Assembly (NCBI GenBank): GCA_050014195.1
Contig: JBEKDT010000012.1
Location: 1-64,000, forward strand
Direction of reading: 5' to 3'
Source of the DNA: Desulfomonilia bacterium
GTDB taxonomy: Bacteria; Desulfobacterota; Desulfomonilia; UBA1062
DNA: 64,000 nucleotides
Under the pieces are notes generated by a model. It saw only the letters and a list, made by a program, of their open reading frames with translations, did not search any database and had not been told where the DNA came from. The translations under genes were made by a program, and so were the position numbers. Positions 39,947 to 49,986 of this stretch are shown here, one piece after another; within the stretch, counting starts at the first letter, position 1; the number at the start of each line of letters is the position of its first letter.

Positions 39947-40822
39947 ATGCATGCATTTATCGCTGACCTGATCAAAGACGGGCCGGTCCTGACGGACGGA
40001 TCCTGGGGCACGCAGATCATCAAACGCGGCCTTAAGCCCGGGGAATCCCCTGATTCATGGAATCTCACCCACCCGGATAAGGTCCAGGAGGTAGCCAAGG
40101 AATATGTCGATGCGGGCAGCCGGATCATCCTGACCAACACCTTCGGCGCCAACCGTTTCGTGCTGGGCAAGTTCGGCCTTGCAGACAAGGTGGCCGAGGT
40201 CAACAGCAAAGGAGTCGAGATCTCCAAGAAGGCCGCAGGCACAAAGGCGTATGTCTTTGCATCCATGGGGCCCAGCGGCAAGTTGCTCCTTACCAGGGAT
40301 GTCAGCGAGGACGACCTCAGGCAGGCATTTGAAGAACAGGCCAAGGCCATCGCAACGGCGGGTGCGGACGCCATCGTGGTGGAGACCATGATGGATCCGG
40401 CCGAGGCCAGGATAGCCGCCACTGCGGCCAAACAGACCGGGCTTCCCGTGCTGGCCTGTCTGGTCTTCGATGCAGGCAAAACCAAAGACCGCACCATGAT
40501 GGGCAATACCCCCGAACAGGTTGTGGAAGTTCTCAGCCATCTAGGCATTGACGGCCTCGGCGCCAACTGCGGTCAGGGCATAGAGGGTTTCATCCCCATC
40601 TGCAGGCGTATGCGCTCAGTCACGGATCTTCCGCTCTGGATGAAACCGAACGCAGGGCTCCCGGAAAGGGTGGAGGGAAAGGTGGTGTACAGAACGACTG
40701 CCCAGGAATTCGTCCGCTTCGTTCCCGACCTTGTTCGCTCGGGTGCGAACTTCATCGGCGGATGCTGCGGGACGGAACAGGCATTCATCAGTGAGATTGG
40801 AAAAACACTGAAAGGCTTATAA
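39947..40822 (+). CDS. Homocysteine S-methyltransferase domain (stand-alone MetH Hcy module)
   Basis: DGSWGT, TNTFGAN, GANC, PNAGLP, GGCCGT Zn ligands. Confidence 0.92.
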   Translation: MHAFIADLIKDGPVLTDGSWGTQIIKRGLKPGESPDSWNLTHPDKVQEVAKEYVDAGSRIILTNTFGANRFVLGKFGLADKVAEVNSKGVEISKKAAGTKAYVFASMGPSGKLLLTRDVSEDDLRQAFEEQAKAIATAGADAIVVETMMDPAEARIAATAAKQTGLPVLACLVFDAGKTKDRTMMGNTPEQVVEVLSHLGIDGLGANCGQGIEGFIPICRRMRSVTDLPLWMKPNAGLPERVEGKVVYRTTAQEFVRFVPDLVRSGANFIGGCCGTEQAFISEIGKTLKGL

Positions 40823-40841
40823 TAATAAAGAGGAGTCATGC

Positions 40842-42011
40842 ATGCATGCCATCGAACGCGTACTCAACGCATTGGAAGGGAAGCCGACCGACAGGGTCCC
40901 CACCTTCTGTGCCATGGTTGAAGACAGGACCTTCAACGAGGTGCTCGGAAAACCGCTCATATCCCAGGAGACACTGTTGAAAAACCCCGTGTCCCGATTT
41001 TTCCTCGACAGATGGGGCACAAGGTTGACGAAGCTCGTATTTCAGCCCGAGGTGAACCGTGCCCTGGAAAAGCGCATCAGGGCCCAGGTCGAGCTGGGCT
41101 TCGATGCGGTATGGGCCTTTCTCGACGAGACCTTCGTCGTGCTCGATTCGAAGACCATGGCGAGGTTCACGGGGTCCATCTTCAATCTCCAGCCGGACGG
41201 CTTTGGGAACATGACCTACATGTACCGCGGGCCGGGCATCAAGAGCCGGGAGGATTTCGAGAGCTGGCCCTACTGGCCGGATGCCGATGATGTGGCGCAC
41301 AGTTCGTACAAGTTTTTCAAGAGGATGGTTAAAAAATATGGAGATCGTTCCTGCATCATCGGCGAAGCCTCTGCATACGGTATCCAGGAAACGATCCTGT
41401 GGGCATTGGGCTTTGAGAAGATGCCTATCTGGATCAGACGTGAGAAGGATCTGATCAAGCGTTTTATCGAGAGAAACGAGGAGCTCTGCCTCAAGACCAA
41501 CATGGCCCTCATCGATGCGGGGGTGAGAGTCATCATCCAGTGTGACGACTTTTCATTCAAGAGCGGCCCCATCATGAATCCGAAGCTTATCGACGAGCTC
41601 TTCGGCCCGTCATATAAGCGCATCATCAAGGCCGTGCACGACCGTGGAGCCAAGTATGTGCTCCATTCATGCGGCGACAACACCCTGCTCTTCGACACCT
41701 TCATCTCCTGGGGGGTGGATGGGCTCCACGCCTATGAAATGACCTCCAATGTCGACATCTTCAAGGAAAAGAAGATCCATGGCGACAAGGTTACCATCAT
41801 CGGCGGGGTGGGGGTGGATTATCTGCTCACGGACCGCTCAAAGGATGAAGAGGTAGTGGAAGAGGTCAGGAAGCTCATCAAAGAGCTCGGCCCCGGCGGC
41901 AGGTTCATCATCTCCCCGGTCCACAGCCTGAGTTCCATACCGGCGCACAAACTTAAGGTTATGGTGGATGCAGCCAAACGTTATGGCAGCTATCCCATAT
42001 CAATATCCTAA
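40842..42011 (+). CDS. Second UroD/MtaA-family corrinoid methyltransferase
   Basis: TDRVP, HSCG, GGRFIISPVH. Confidence 0.85.
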   Translation: MHAIERVLNALEGKPTDRVPTFCAMVEDRTFNEVLGKPLISQETLLKNPVSRFFLDRWGTRLTKLVFQPEVNRALEKRIRAQVELGFDAVWAFLDETFVVLDSKTMARFTGSIFNLQPDGFGNMTYMYRGPGIKSREDFESWPYWPDADDVAHSSYKFFKRMVKKYGDRSCIIGEASAYGIQETILWALGFEKMPIWIRREKDLIKRFIERNEELCLKTNMALIDAGVRVIIQCDDFSFKSGPIMNPKLIDELFGPSYKRIIKAVHDRGAKYVLHSCGDNTLLFDTFISWGVDGLHAYEMTSNVDIFKEKKIHGDKVTIIGGVGVDYLLTDRSKDEEVVEEVRKLIKELGPGGRFIISPVHSLSSIPAHKLKVMVDAAKRYGSYPISIS

Positions 42012-42035
42012 CATTGAATCCAAGGAGGCTCTCAC

Positions 42036-42677
42036 ATGAAGGAATCGATCCTGGCGGTACGCAAGGCCATTGACGAACTCGACATCGACGGGATCAGCAA
42101 GCTCGTAAGCCGATGCCTGGAGGAAGGTCTTTCCCCGGAAGAGGTCATCCAGGAGGGCGTCAGCAAGGGGCTTGAGATCGTGGGGGGCAAGTTCGAGGCC
42201 GGTGAATATTTCCTGGCGGATCTCATCATGGCCGGAGAGGTCGTGAAAGAGGCCATGCCCATCCTCAAGGAGAAGATGAACCCGGGCGAGAGCAACAGCA
42301 GGGGCAAGGTCATCCTCGCCACGGTGGCAGGGGACATCCATGAAATCGGCAAGAACATCGTGGGCATGATCCTGTCCGCCAATGGATACGAGGTGATCGA
42401 CCTGGGTGTGGATGTGCCGGCAGAGAAAATCATGGACACTGCAAAAACCACCGGGGCACGGTTCATCGGGCTCTCAGCCCTGCTCACCACCATGGTAGGC
42501 AGCATAAAGGAGGTGGTAGAGTCATCCAAGGCCGCAGGCCTGCGCAACAAACTAAGAATTGTCATCGGCGGCGCCTGCACATCAAAGGACCTGTGCAAGG
42601 AGATGGGGGCTGATGCCTATGGAGAGACCGCCATCGATGCCTTGAGGATCTTCAACGGATTTACTGCAAGTACCTGA
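42036..42677 (+). CDS. Methyltransferase cognate corrinoid protein
   Basis: GEYFLADL, GDIHEIGKNIV, SALLTT. Confidence 0.93.
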   Translation: MKESILAVRKAIDELDIDGISKLVSRCLEEGLSPEEVIQEGVSKGLEIVGGKFEAGEYFLADLIMAGEVVKEAMPILKEKMNPGESNSRGKVILATVAGDIHEIGKNIVGMILSANGYEVIDLGVDVPAEKIMDTAKTTGARFIGLSALLTTMVGSIKEVVESSKAAGLRNKLRIVIGGACTSKDLCKEMGADAYGETAIDALRIFNGFTAST

Positions 42678-42728
42678 TATGGAAGCCTTTCCCCGTAAGA
42701 CCTAAGGAACAGCGATCCTAAAGACCTC

Positions 42729-44240
42729 ATGAATCAGCATACCATAACCCTCATCCCTTCTGGCTCACAGCAATCGTTCCCTTCGGAGATGTTTCTCACA
42801 GAGGCGCTCCTGGACATGGGCATTGCCCTGAAAACCCCCTGCGGCGGCAAGGGCATATGCAATAAGTGCAAGGTTATGGTGGAAGGAGAACCCGCTGCAG
42901 TTCTTGCCTGCCAGACACGCATCACTAAGGATCTTAGGGTGCATGCAGAGCAAGAGGAGATCAACCGGGACATCCATATCCCTCATGTCCGTCCTGATGA
43001 TCACATATCAGTGGCCGTGGACATCGGGACCACCTCTGTGAGGATATCCCTGGTTGATACATCACGAAAGGCCTCGTTCGAGATCGCATCATTTCTTAAC
43101 CCGCAGCAGAGATTCGGACACGACGTCATCTCACGGATCGCAGCAGGCAGGGACCCATCCAAGCTACAGTCCCTACAAAACCTTATCAGAAAGGCCGTCA
43201 ATATCCGTCTCGGCTTGGTTCTTAATGTCATAGAACTCCCTGCAGGCATGATCGAACAGATCGTGTTCTCGGGCAACACCACCATGCTCTACCTGCTCTT
43301 CGGGCTCGACGTGGAGCCTCTGGGCAGGTATCCGTACACGACCCTGACAAAGGATTTTAAAGACCTCTTGGCAGAAGAGATCGGCCTTGATTGCATCGGT
43401 TCGGCACGTGTCCTTAGCCTGCCCGTGCTCAGCGCATTCATCGGCGCTGACCTCGTGGGCGGATTAACCATGTGCCATGACCTTGGCATCACCCGCAATG
43501 CCTTCTTCATTGATCTGGGCACCAACGGCGAGTTGTTCCTCCTGGACGGCAAGGGTAATCCGTATACAACCTCCTGTGCCATGGGCCCTGCCCTGGAGGG
43601 CATGAACATCACCTGGGGCATGACTGCCGATACCGGCGCCATCACCCATATTTATGCAGAAAAGGGAGGTCTCAGGTATCACATGATCGGCCGGGGCTGG
43701 CCTGTCGGCATCACCGGCACAGCGCTGGTGGACCTGATCGCCATCCTTCTGGACAATGGCATCATCGCACCGCATGGCGCCTTTTCCAATAATTCGGAGA
43801 AATATAATCTCTTGAGCCCGCTGTGCCTAAACCACAACGGAGAATCCAAAGGGCTTAAGCTCTGGGGAGATATCAGGCTCACCCAGAAGGATATCCGCAA
43901 TGTCCAGCTCGCCAAGGCGGCATCGCTGAGCGCTGCACGCTTCCTCCTGGAGGCCGCCGAGTTTGACCCGGGTGACGTCGAGCATGTGTTCATTGCAGGG
44001 GCCTTTGGCGAGAACCTTGATCTGGATCATTTCAGCAGGCTCGGCTTTATCCCTTGTTTTCCCAATGCCGCCTGCGAGTTTCTCGGCAATACGAGCTTGA
44101 AGGCCGCCCAGAAGGCCTGCTTTGACCCTGATTTCCTGAAACGTGCCGTTACACTAAGGGACAAAGCCCGGGAGGTGGTGCTCTCCGCGTTGCCAACCTT
44201 CCAGGATGTATTCATTCGATCACTCGAATTCCCGGCATAA
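42729..44240 (+). CDS. ATP-dependent reductive activator of corrinoid proteins (RACo/RamA, ASKHA)
   Basis: CGGKGICNKC 2Fe-2S, DIGTT, DVISRI, DLGTNGE, GPALEG, AGAFG. Confidence 0.92.
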   Translation: MNQHTITLIPSGSQQSFPSEMFLTEALLDMGIALKTPCGGKGICNKCKVMVEGEPAAVLACQTRITKDLRVHAEQEEINRDIHIPHVRPDDHISVAVDIGTTSVRISLVDTSRKASFEIASFLNPQQRFGHDVISRIAAGRDPSKLQSLQNLIRKAVNIRLGLVLNVIELPAGMIEQIVFSGNTTMLYLLFGLDVEPLGRYPYTTLTKDFKDLLAEEIGLDCIGSARVLSLPVLSAFIGADLVGGLTMCHDLGITRNAFFIDLGTNGELFLLDGKGNPYTTSCAMGPALEGMNITWGMTADTGAITHIYAEKGGLRYHMIGRGWPVGITGTALVDLIAILLDNGIIAPHGAFSNNSEKYNLLSPLCLNHNGESKGLKLWGDIRLTQKDIRNVQLAKAASLSAARFLLEAAEFDPGDVEHVFIAGAFGENLDLDHFSRLGFIPCFPNAACEFLGNTSLKAAQKACFDPDFLKRAVTLRDKAREVVLSALPTFQDVFIRSLEFPA

Positions 44241-44303
44241 AAATGGTGAAGGCTGATACGCTCATGGTATACAAATAATCGATGAACCTTTGGTGGTGAT
44301 GAC

Positions 44304-44966
44304 ATGGACCGGATCATCTTAGACGATATACCCTTTGAGGTGGATGAGAAAGGGCTTGTAGAGCTCTTAAGGATTCAACCCGGCTCCCGCAGCGCAGCCG
44401 AGCTCTCGAAGATCCTGGGAGAGGCCCGCTTGGTTGCCAGGCCAAAGGCGGCCTTTGCCGCGGCTGCTGCGCATATGATTGAAGAGGGAACCATAGAGAT
44501 CGGTGGAGTACATTTCACCAGCAGGCTGCTGTGCATAAACCTGGACAAGGCGGGCATTGTCTTTCCGTTTGTAGCCACATGCGGGAGCGAGCTCGAGCAG
44601 TGGTCACGGACCATGAGCGGCATGCTGCATTCCTTCTGGGCCGATTCCATCATGCTCATGGCATTGGGCTGTGCCATGACCTTCCTTGAAACATGCCTGA
44701 AGAAGAGGGTAGGCGACGGGGCATCCCTTTCGTCCATGAACCCGGGCTCGCTTACGGACTGGCCGCTCACGGAACAGGCAGCACTCTTCTCCCTTTTGGG
44801 AGATAGTGCCAAGGCAATCGGCACCAGGCTCACCGAGAAGATGGTCATTCAGCCTCTTAAATCTGTTTCAGGCATACAGTTTGTCTCGGAGGAGGGATTT
44901 GTGAACTGTTCTCTATGCCCGAGGCAGGGCTGTCCATCCCGCAGGGCGCCGTATGATGCAAAATAA
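44304..44966 (+). CDS. B12-dependent methionine synthase activation-domain-like protein
   Basis: ATCG, NPGSLTDWPLTEQ, PLKSVSG, CSLC...CPSR. Confidence 0.8.
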   Translation: MDRIILDDIPFEVDEKGLVELLRIQPGSRSAAELSKILGEARLVARPKAAFAAAAAHMIEEGTIEIGGVHFTSRLLCINLDKAGIVFPFVATCGSELEQWSRTMSGMLHSFWADSIMLMALGCAMTFLETCLKKRVGDGASLSSMNPGSLTDWPLTEQAALFSLLGDSAKAIGTRLTEKMVIQPLKSVSGIQFVSEEGFVNCSLCPRQGCPSRRAPYDAK

Positions 44967-44996
44967 AAGGTGACTTCTATGATCTTTTTAAGCTTG

Positions 44997-45380
44997 TTAT
45001 ACCTTCCTGAACACCGTGCCGTTGAATGTTGCTATCAATTCATTGCCCTTAAACACTTCCATCCGGTAGAGGCCGGTACGCTTTGTCGTGTGGATCATCT
45101 TTGCCTCCGCAACTACCTTGTCGCCCACCTGTGGGGTCTTTAAAAAGGACCCGCTCACATCCAGCGCGAATGAAGGCAGGTGATCGCTGTTGGACGCAAT
45201 GGAAAAGGCGACATCGGCCAGGCTGAAGATCAGACCCCCATGCACTGCGCCATTGAAATTCAGCATTTCATCTCTGATGACAACAGAGCACCGGGAATAC
45301 CCTTTTTCAATGGTATCGACACTGATGCCGAGAAAACGGATAAAGGGGTCCTTTAATATTTTTTGAGTAATATCATCCAT
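44997..45380 (-). CDS. paaI: PaaI-family hotdog thioesterase
   Basis: NFNGAVHGGLIFSLAD. Confidence 0.85.
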   Translation of the reverse strand: MDDITQKILKDPFIRFLGISVDTIEKGYSRCSVVIRDEMLNFNGAVHGGLIFSLADVAFSIASNSDHLPSFALDVSGSFLKTPQVGDKVVAEAKMIHTTKRTGLYRMEVFKGNELIATFNGTVFRKV

Positions 45381-45438
45381 CTCTGACTCATATCCTCCTA
45401 ACAGGATAATAGTCCATAGGATGGTACGATTGAAAGAA

Positions 45439-46257
45439 TCATTTTTTGCGCTGCACCCATTTCACGATCAAATCCGAGGTGATTCTGGTGGCCCATCCAT
45501 TCGTGAGGCGGTGGTTGAGGAATAACAGATTAGCCAGGATCCCCGGTATTACCAGGAATTTCTTTTTGGCAATGCCTTTGACAATGGCCTTTGCCACGGG
45601 TCCGGGCTGCAAGGTCCCGGCAAAATTCTTCAAGGCCCTGGCCTCACGCGGGATGGTACTCTCATTTGCCAGGAAGGGGGTATCTACCTCAGGTGGGCAT
45701 ACCAGGGTAACAGAGATGTCATAACATTTGAGTTCGCTCCTCAGGCATTCCGCAAAACCCACCAGTGCATATTTCGATGTCGCATAGGAGGTATAGCCGA
45801 ACATTCCCATGAGCCCTGCAGCAGAAGAGATGATCACGATCAGTCCGCCCCGGTCTTTCATGGAGGGCAGCAGGGCGGCGATCACACTTCGTGTGCCGTA
45901 GACATTGATCTTCATGAGCGAATCGAATGCCTCATGAGATATGTTCTCGAAATGATCGGCATTGCCCACACCTGCGCTGGTGATAACAATATCAGGCACG
46001 CCGAACTGCTTTACCGCATCATTCATTCTTATTTGGCAATCGTCATGGTCTGCCACATCGAGAGGCATTGCCTGGATATTCTGAGAGGGAGAGAGTCTGT
46101 GACCTTCAATATCTTTTTTTGCCTGATCGAGTTTCTCTTTGTTCCGGGCAAAGATGACGATATGAGCCCCCAAGGATGACAGCAGTCCGGCGGTTTCAAG
46201 GCCGATGCCGCTGGAACCCCCGGTTATGTACACGAGCTTGTTGGTGAAATTCTGCAT
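45439..46257 (-). CDS. SDR oxidoreductase, 3-ketodihydrosphingosine reductase-like subgroup
   Basis: TGGSSGIG, FGYTSYATSK, CPPEVDTP. Confidence 0.8.
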   Translation of the reverse strand: MQNFTNKLVYITGGSSGIGLETAGLLSSLGAHIVIFARNKEKLDQAKKDIEGHRLSPSQNIQAMPLDVADHDDCQIRMNDAVKQFGVPDIVITSAGVGNADHFENISHEAFDSLMKINVYGTRSVIAALLPSMKDRGGLIVIISSAAGLMGMFGYTSYATSKYALVGFAECLRSELKCYDISVTLVCPPEVDTPFLANESTIPREARALKNFAGTLQPGPVAKAIVKGIAKKKFLVIPGILANLLFLNHRLTNGWATRITSDLIVKWVQRKK

Positions 46258-46271
46258 ATGCCCCCTTCGGT

Positions 46272-47093
46272 TTATTCAAGAGTAACTTCCTGGTTTTTCA
46301 GTGTGAAGGATTTACGGGCGAAAATCGCCGCCCCCAGGGCGCCGACGATCTGGGGGTCAACCGGCAGCGAGGTCACTTCCATATTGATGATCCTGGCAAG
46401 CGCCTTGATGAGGCCGAGGTTCTTGGCGCAACCGCCGGTGACCGTCACCTGCGGCCGTATGCCGATGCGCTTGAGCAGCGTGAAGCACCGCTTGGACACG
46501 GCGGTCTGGATGCCTGCAGCAATCTCCTCGGGCGGATTCTTTTTAGCCAGGAGGCTGATCACCTCGCTCTCGGCAAAGACGCTGCACTGGGCCGTGACCG
46601 GTATCATCCTGTTCGTCTTCAGGGAAAGTTCGGAAAACTGGTTCAGGTCCATGCGGAATATCCTGCTCATGGCCTCGAAGAACCGGCCGGTACCGGCCGC
46701 GCATTTGTCGTTCATAGCAAATTCCAGGACCGAGCCGTCGTGGTCAAGCGCAATGGTCTTCACATCCTGGCCGCCGATATCGATGATGGTCTTGATGAGA
46801 GGTTTGCAGGAGAACACGCCCATGGCATGGCAGCTGATCTCCGAGACATTCTTGTCGGCAAAGGCGACCTCGTTTCTCCCGTAGCCCGTGCCCACCAGAT
46901 AGGCGATGTCCCTGTAGCCGCCCATATCCGGGACCTGTGCACAGGCCTTCTCCAGGGAGAGAACCGAGGTCAATTCCGGATCGATCTCGCTCGGGACTAT
47001 GGAGGCGGCAACGATGGTGCCGCTTTCGTCAAGGATGACTGCCTTTCCTGTCGTCGATCCTACGTCGCATCCGCCGAAATACTTTGCTGCCAT
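46272..47093 (-). CDS. 2-hydroxyacyl-CoA dehydratase activase (HgdC/BzdQ family)
   Basis: DVGSTTGK, GTGYGR, EISCH, DIGGQD, NDKCAAGTG. Confidence 0.92.
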   Translation of the reverse strand: MAAKYFGGCDVGSTTGKAVILDESGTIVAASIVPSEIDPELTSVLSLEKACAQVPDMGGYRDIAYLVGTGYGRNEVAFADKNVSEISCHAMGVFSCKPLIKTIIDIGGQDVKTIALDHDGSVLEFAMNDKCAAGTGRFFEAMSRIFRMDLNQFSELSLKTNRMIPVTAQCSVFAESEVISLLAKKNPPEEIAAGIQTAVSKRCFTLLKRIGIRPQVTVTGGCAKNLGLIKALARIINMEVTSLPVDPQIVGALGAAIFARKSFTLKNQEVTLE

Positions 47094-47132
47094 ATCCGTC
47101 TCCCTATCGTTATGGTCTTGTGCGGCTTTTAT

Positions 47133-48443
47133 TCAGATATCAAGCATCCAGCCCTTGCCCTGCAGTCTGGCAATGGTTTTTGCGGAACTTAAGAATGTGG
47201 AACGGAACATGTCGCTCATGAGGGCCTTTTTCACCGGCAAGAGTTTCAGGAAACCGCCGATAAATGATCTCATGATTTCCTGGGTGATGCTTTCCGGATT
47301 GTCGAAGATCTGATTCTGGAGATTACCCCTCTCGAGGCTGAGCAGAATTATCCTTTCGAATGTTGTTTCCGGGTGAATGACCCTGGTTCCCCGTTGTATC
47401 ATCGCAATGGCGTCAGCCGGGCATTTCAATGCACATACGCCGCAACCCACGCACCTTTCCTCATCAACTTTGGCTTTCTTTTTCTTCAGATGTTTCGGTT
47501 CATTTGCAGAAACCAGGACAGCGGCATTGACGGGGCATGCATCAACGCATTTTCCGCACCCTTTGCACTCAGAGCCATCGATCTGTGAGATAAAATTGGA
47601 AGTGACGGCACTGTTCACGAAGCCGAACTTGTTCAGCCCGGCCAGGAAGTTGCAGCAGCATTTACAGCAGTGGCAGATGACCGTGGGGTTCCTTTTGGTA
47701 TTTTCAGCACAGAGAACCAACCCAAGCTCTCTTGAGCGGGCAAAATTTTCCAGCATCTCGGACTTGGATACCTCCCTGGCCATGTTATGCCTGATGGTAT
47801 AGTCTGCACCAATACCCAAAGTGCTGCAGTTATTCATGGGAGTATCACATTCTTTTTCGTGGTTAAGAAATTTTTCATTTCTGCAGGAACAGAGTCCGAG
47901 GCCGAGTCTATGGGAATTTTCTATGAGGGATGAGGCCTTTTCATAATCCATGAATTCGACGTATTCACCCGGCCGTATGGTTTCTTCAACAGGGATCACT
48001 CTCAATATTGCCACCTGTTCATCTCTTGAGAAATTGGCCGGGTAAAACTCATGGAAATATTCCTGAAACAGTTTCGCGCATTCCTTCTTGTCATGATTGT
48101 TCCCGGTTCTCATCATGGTAAACTCGAATATCCCGATGAGGAGGGGAGATGGCATGTAGTAATACTGGCCGTCATTCTCATTATACAGATCCAACACCAA
48201 ACCTTTGCTGCACATCATATCCAGTATGGTTTGCAACCGTGTCTTTTCAATCTTGGCTATCCCGGCAATTCTCTCGAGTGATGAGAGGGTATAAGGCATC
48301 TTGATCAGCAGTTCTGCTTCTTCAGTGGTATACACCTTTTTAAGGATGCTCAGTAATGTCTCATTCCAGGGTGCCCTCACGGTCAGGTTATCGATCTTTT
48401 CTCCCAGTCGGCGATAGACATCTCCTTCATTTCTTCTGATCAT
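47133..48443 (-). CDS. 4Fe-4S dicluster protein with extra Cys clusters
   Basis: CSCR, ICHCCKCCC, two CxxCxxCxxxCP. Confidence 0.85.
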   Translation of the reverse strand: MIRRNEGDVYRRLGEKIDNLTVRAPWNETLLSILKKVYTTEEAELLIKMPYTLSSLERIAGIAKIEKTRLQTILDMMCSKGLVLDLYNENDGQYYYMPSPLLIGIFEFTMMRTGNNHDKKECAKLFQEYFHEFYPANFSRDEQVAILRVIPVEETIRPGEYVEFMDYEKASSLIENSHRLGLGLCSCRNEKFLNHEKECDTPMNNCSTLGIGADYTIRHNMAREVSKSEMLENFARSRELGLVLCAENTKRNPTVICHCCKCCCNFLAGLNKFGFVNSAVTSNFISQIDGSECKGCGKCVDACPVNAAVLVSANEPKHLKKKKAKVDEERCVGCGVCALKCPADAIAMIQRGTRVIHPETTFERIILLSLERGNLQNQIFDNPESITQEIMRSFIGGFLKLLPVKKALMSDMFRSTFLSSAKTIARLQGKGWMLDI

Positions 48444-48453
48444 AGGTCACTCC

Positions 48454-49965
48454 TTATTGATCGAGGCGCTGCGCCTTCATCACGTTCTCCATGAAAAATT
48501 CCACCTGGTTCATCATGCCGTCCTGGGATACGATGCGGGGATCGAGCAGGTCGTAATCGAGGATGAGCAGGGGTATCTTCATCCCGCGGCACTTCTCCCT
48601 CAGGATGCCGTTCATTGCCTGCCCGCTCTTACAGCCCACGTGGTTTGCCACCCACACCATATCGAGATTGAACTGTCTGTACATGCGGAAGATATCATCC
48701 AGGTAGTTCTCCGCAGGACCCCTGGTGTGACGTACCATGGGCCCCTGCATGATGGTGTTGGCCAGGCCGCGGAGCATGGTATCGGGTGTCGAGGTGTCTA
48801 TGGGGGCGTGGTGGTGATAGGTCATGCTGTCGTTGATGAGGGTCACGCCATAGGCACGCTCGCTCTTGTTGAAGATGTCGATGAAATGGGGGAAGGGCGG
48901 GTTCCAGAGAACAGCCCTATACCTCTCGTTTTTTGTGGCGGGAATCCCAGCAGTGAGGTTTTTCCGTGCCATGGCAACCAGAGATTCGAAGTGTTTTATA
49001 GATAGCTTGTACCCCGCAAAGAGATTGAAATGCCACATATGGCTCAGGAACACGGCTTCAGCGGCCAGCGGGGCGGGTTTCATCCGGATCATGTCCCACA
49101 GCTCGAGCTCAAGCTCCAGCATGCGGTTGCGTCCTTCGCAGATCTCCTTCAGGCGGTCCCAGTCCATGCGGCCGGGTGTGTGCTCCTCGAGCCATGCGAT
49201 CATGCCCTTGAGGTCGTCGGCAAAGAGCTTATCCGCCCTTTCGTTGTAGAAATTAGACGGGACATCGAGGCGATAGATGGGTGTGCCATGCTCCCTGTGT
49301 ATGAGGGAATAGGAAGCCATGCCGGCGTCGCAGGGCATATTGGAGCTCACCATGGCAATGCCTTTGGGCATATGACCCTTGAGGACCATGCCCACGGTGG
49401 CCTTTGGCAGGCTGCAGGCATCGGGATTGATCCCGGCGTTTTCCGCCTCGTCTATATATTTCAGGTCGCTCTGTGCTGCCAATATGGGCAGGAGTATCCC
49501 CATGGCCTCCAGCAGCCAGACCTTCAGGCCCATGGCACGGGCGATGTCCGGCGGCACCATCTCCTCGTTTATGATCAGGAGGTCAGGATGGTAGAACACA
49601 TCCTCCAGGTTCTCTGCGAGCGTGAAAGCGATCGTGTATATGGTCATGCAGATGGACTTGAGGTATAAACCGCTCCGCCCCCTGGAAAGACGGCGCATCA
49701 GGCCGGTCACCCTGAGGAGATGCAGTATCCAGGGATAGCCTACAAGCACCCGGATGATACCGATGGGGCCGCGCTTGAAAAGAAGCCTGATGACGAACTT
49801 CAGGATAACCGCCCATATGAGGGCCCAGTATTTTGCATAGATCAATGAGTCTTTGAGGTTTTTCGATTCAAGGATATATCCGGCCAGGGAGTTCCGGAGA
49901 AAGCCCTTCACCTGGCCCGGCAGCCTCATAAACAGAGACTTTGCGTTTGCGGCACTCACGGTCAT
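48454..49965 (-). CDS. 2-hydroxyacyl-CoA dehydratase/aryl-CoA reductase alpha-type subunit with hydrophobic N-extension
   Basis: DACSLPK, PCD, HVGCK, DLLDPR. Confidence 0.82.
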   Translation of the reverse strand: MTVSAANAKSLFMRLPGQVKGFLRNSLAGYILESKNLKDSLIYAKYWALIWAVILKFVIRLLFKRGPIGIIRVLVGYPWILHLLRVTGLMRRLSRGRSGLYLKSICMTIYTIAFTLAENLEDVFYHPDLLIINEEMVPPDIARAMGLKVWLLEAMGILLPILAAQSDLKYIDEAENAGINPDACSLPKATVGMVLKGHMPKGIAMVSSNMPCDAGMASYSLIHREHGTPIYRLDVPSNFYNERADKLFADDLKGMIAWLEEHTPGRMDWDRLKEICEGRNRMLELELELWDMIRMKPAPLAAEAVFLSHMWHFNLFAGYKLSIKHFESLVAMARKNLTAGIPATKNERYRAVLWNPPFPHFIDIFNKSERAYGVTLINDSMTYHHHAPIDTSTPDTMLRGLANTIMQGPMVRHTRGPAENYLDDIFRMYRQFNLDMVWVANHVGCKSGQAMNGILREKCRGMKIPLLILDYDLLDPRIVSQDGMMNQVEFFMENVMKAQRLDQ

Positions 49966-49986
49966 TTCAATCCTCCCGTCCGCACA

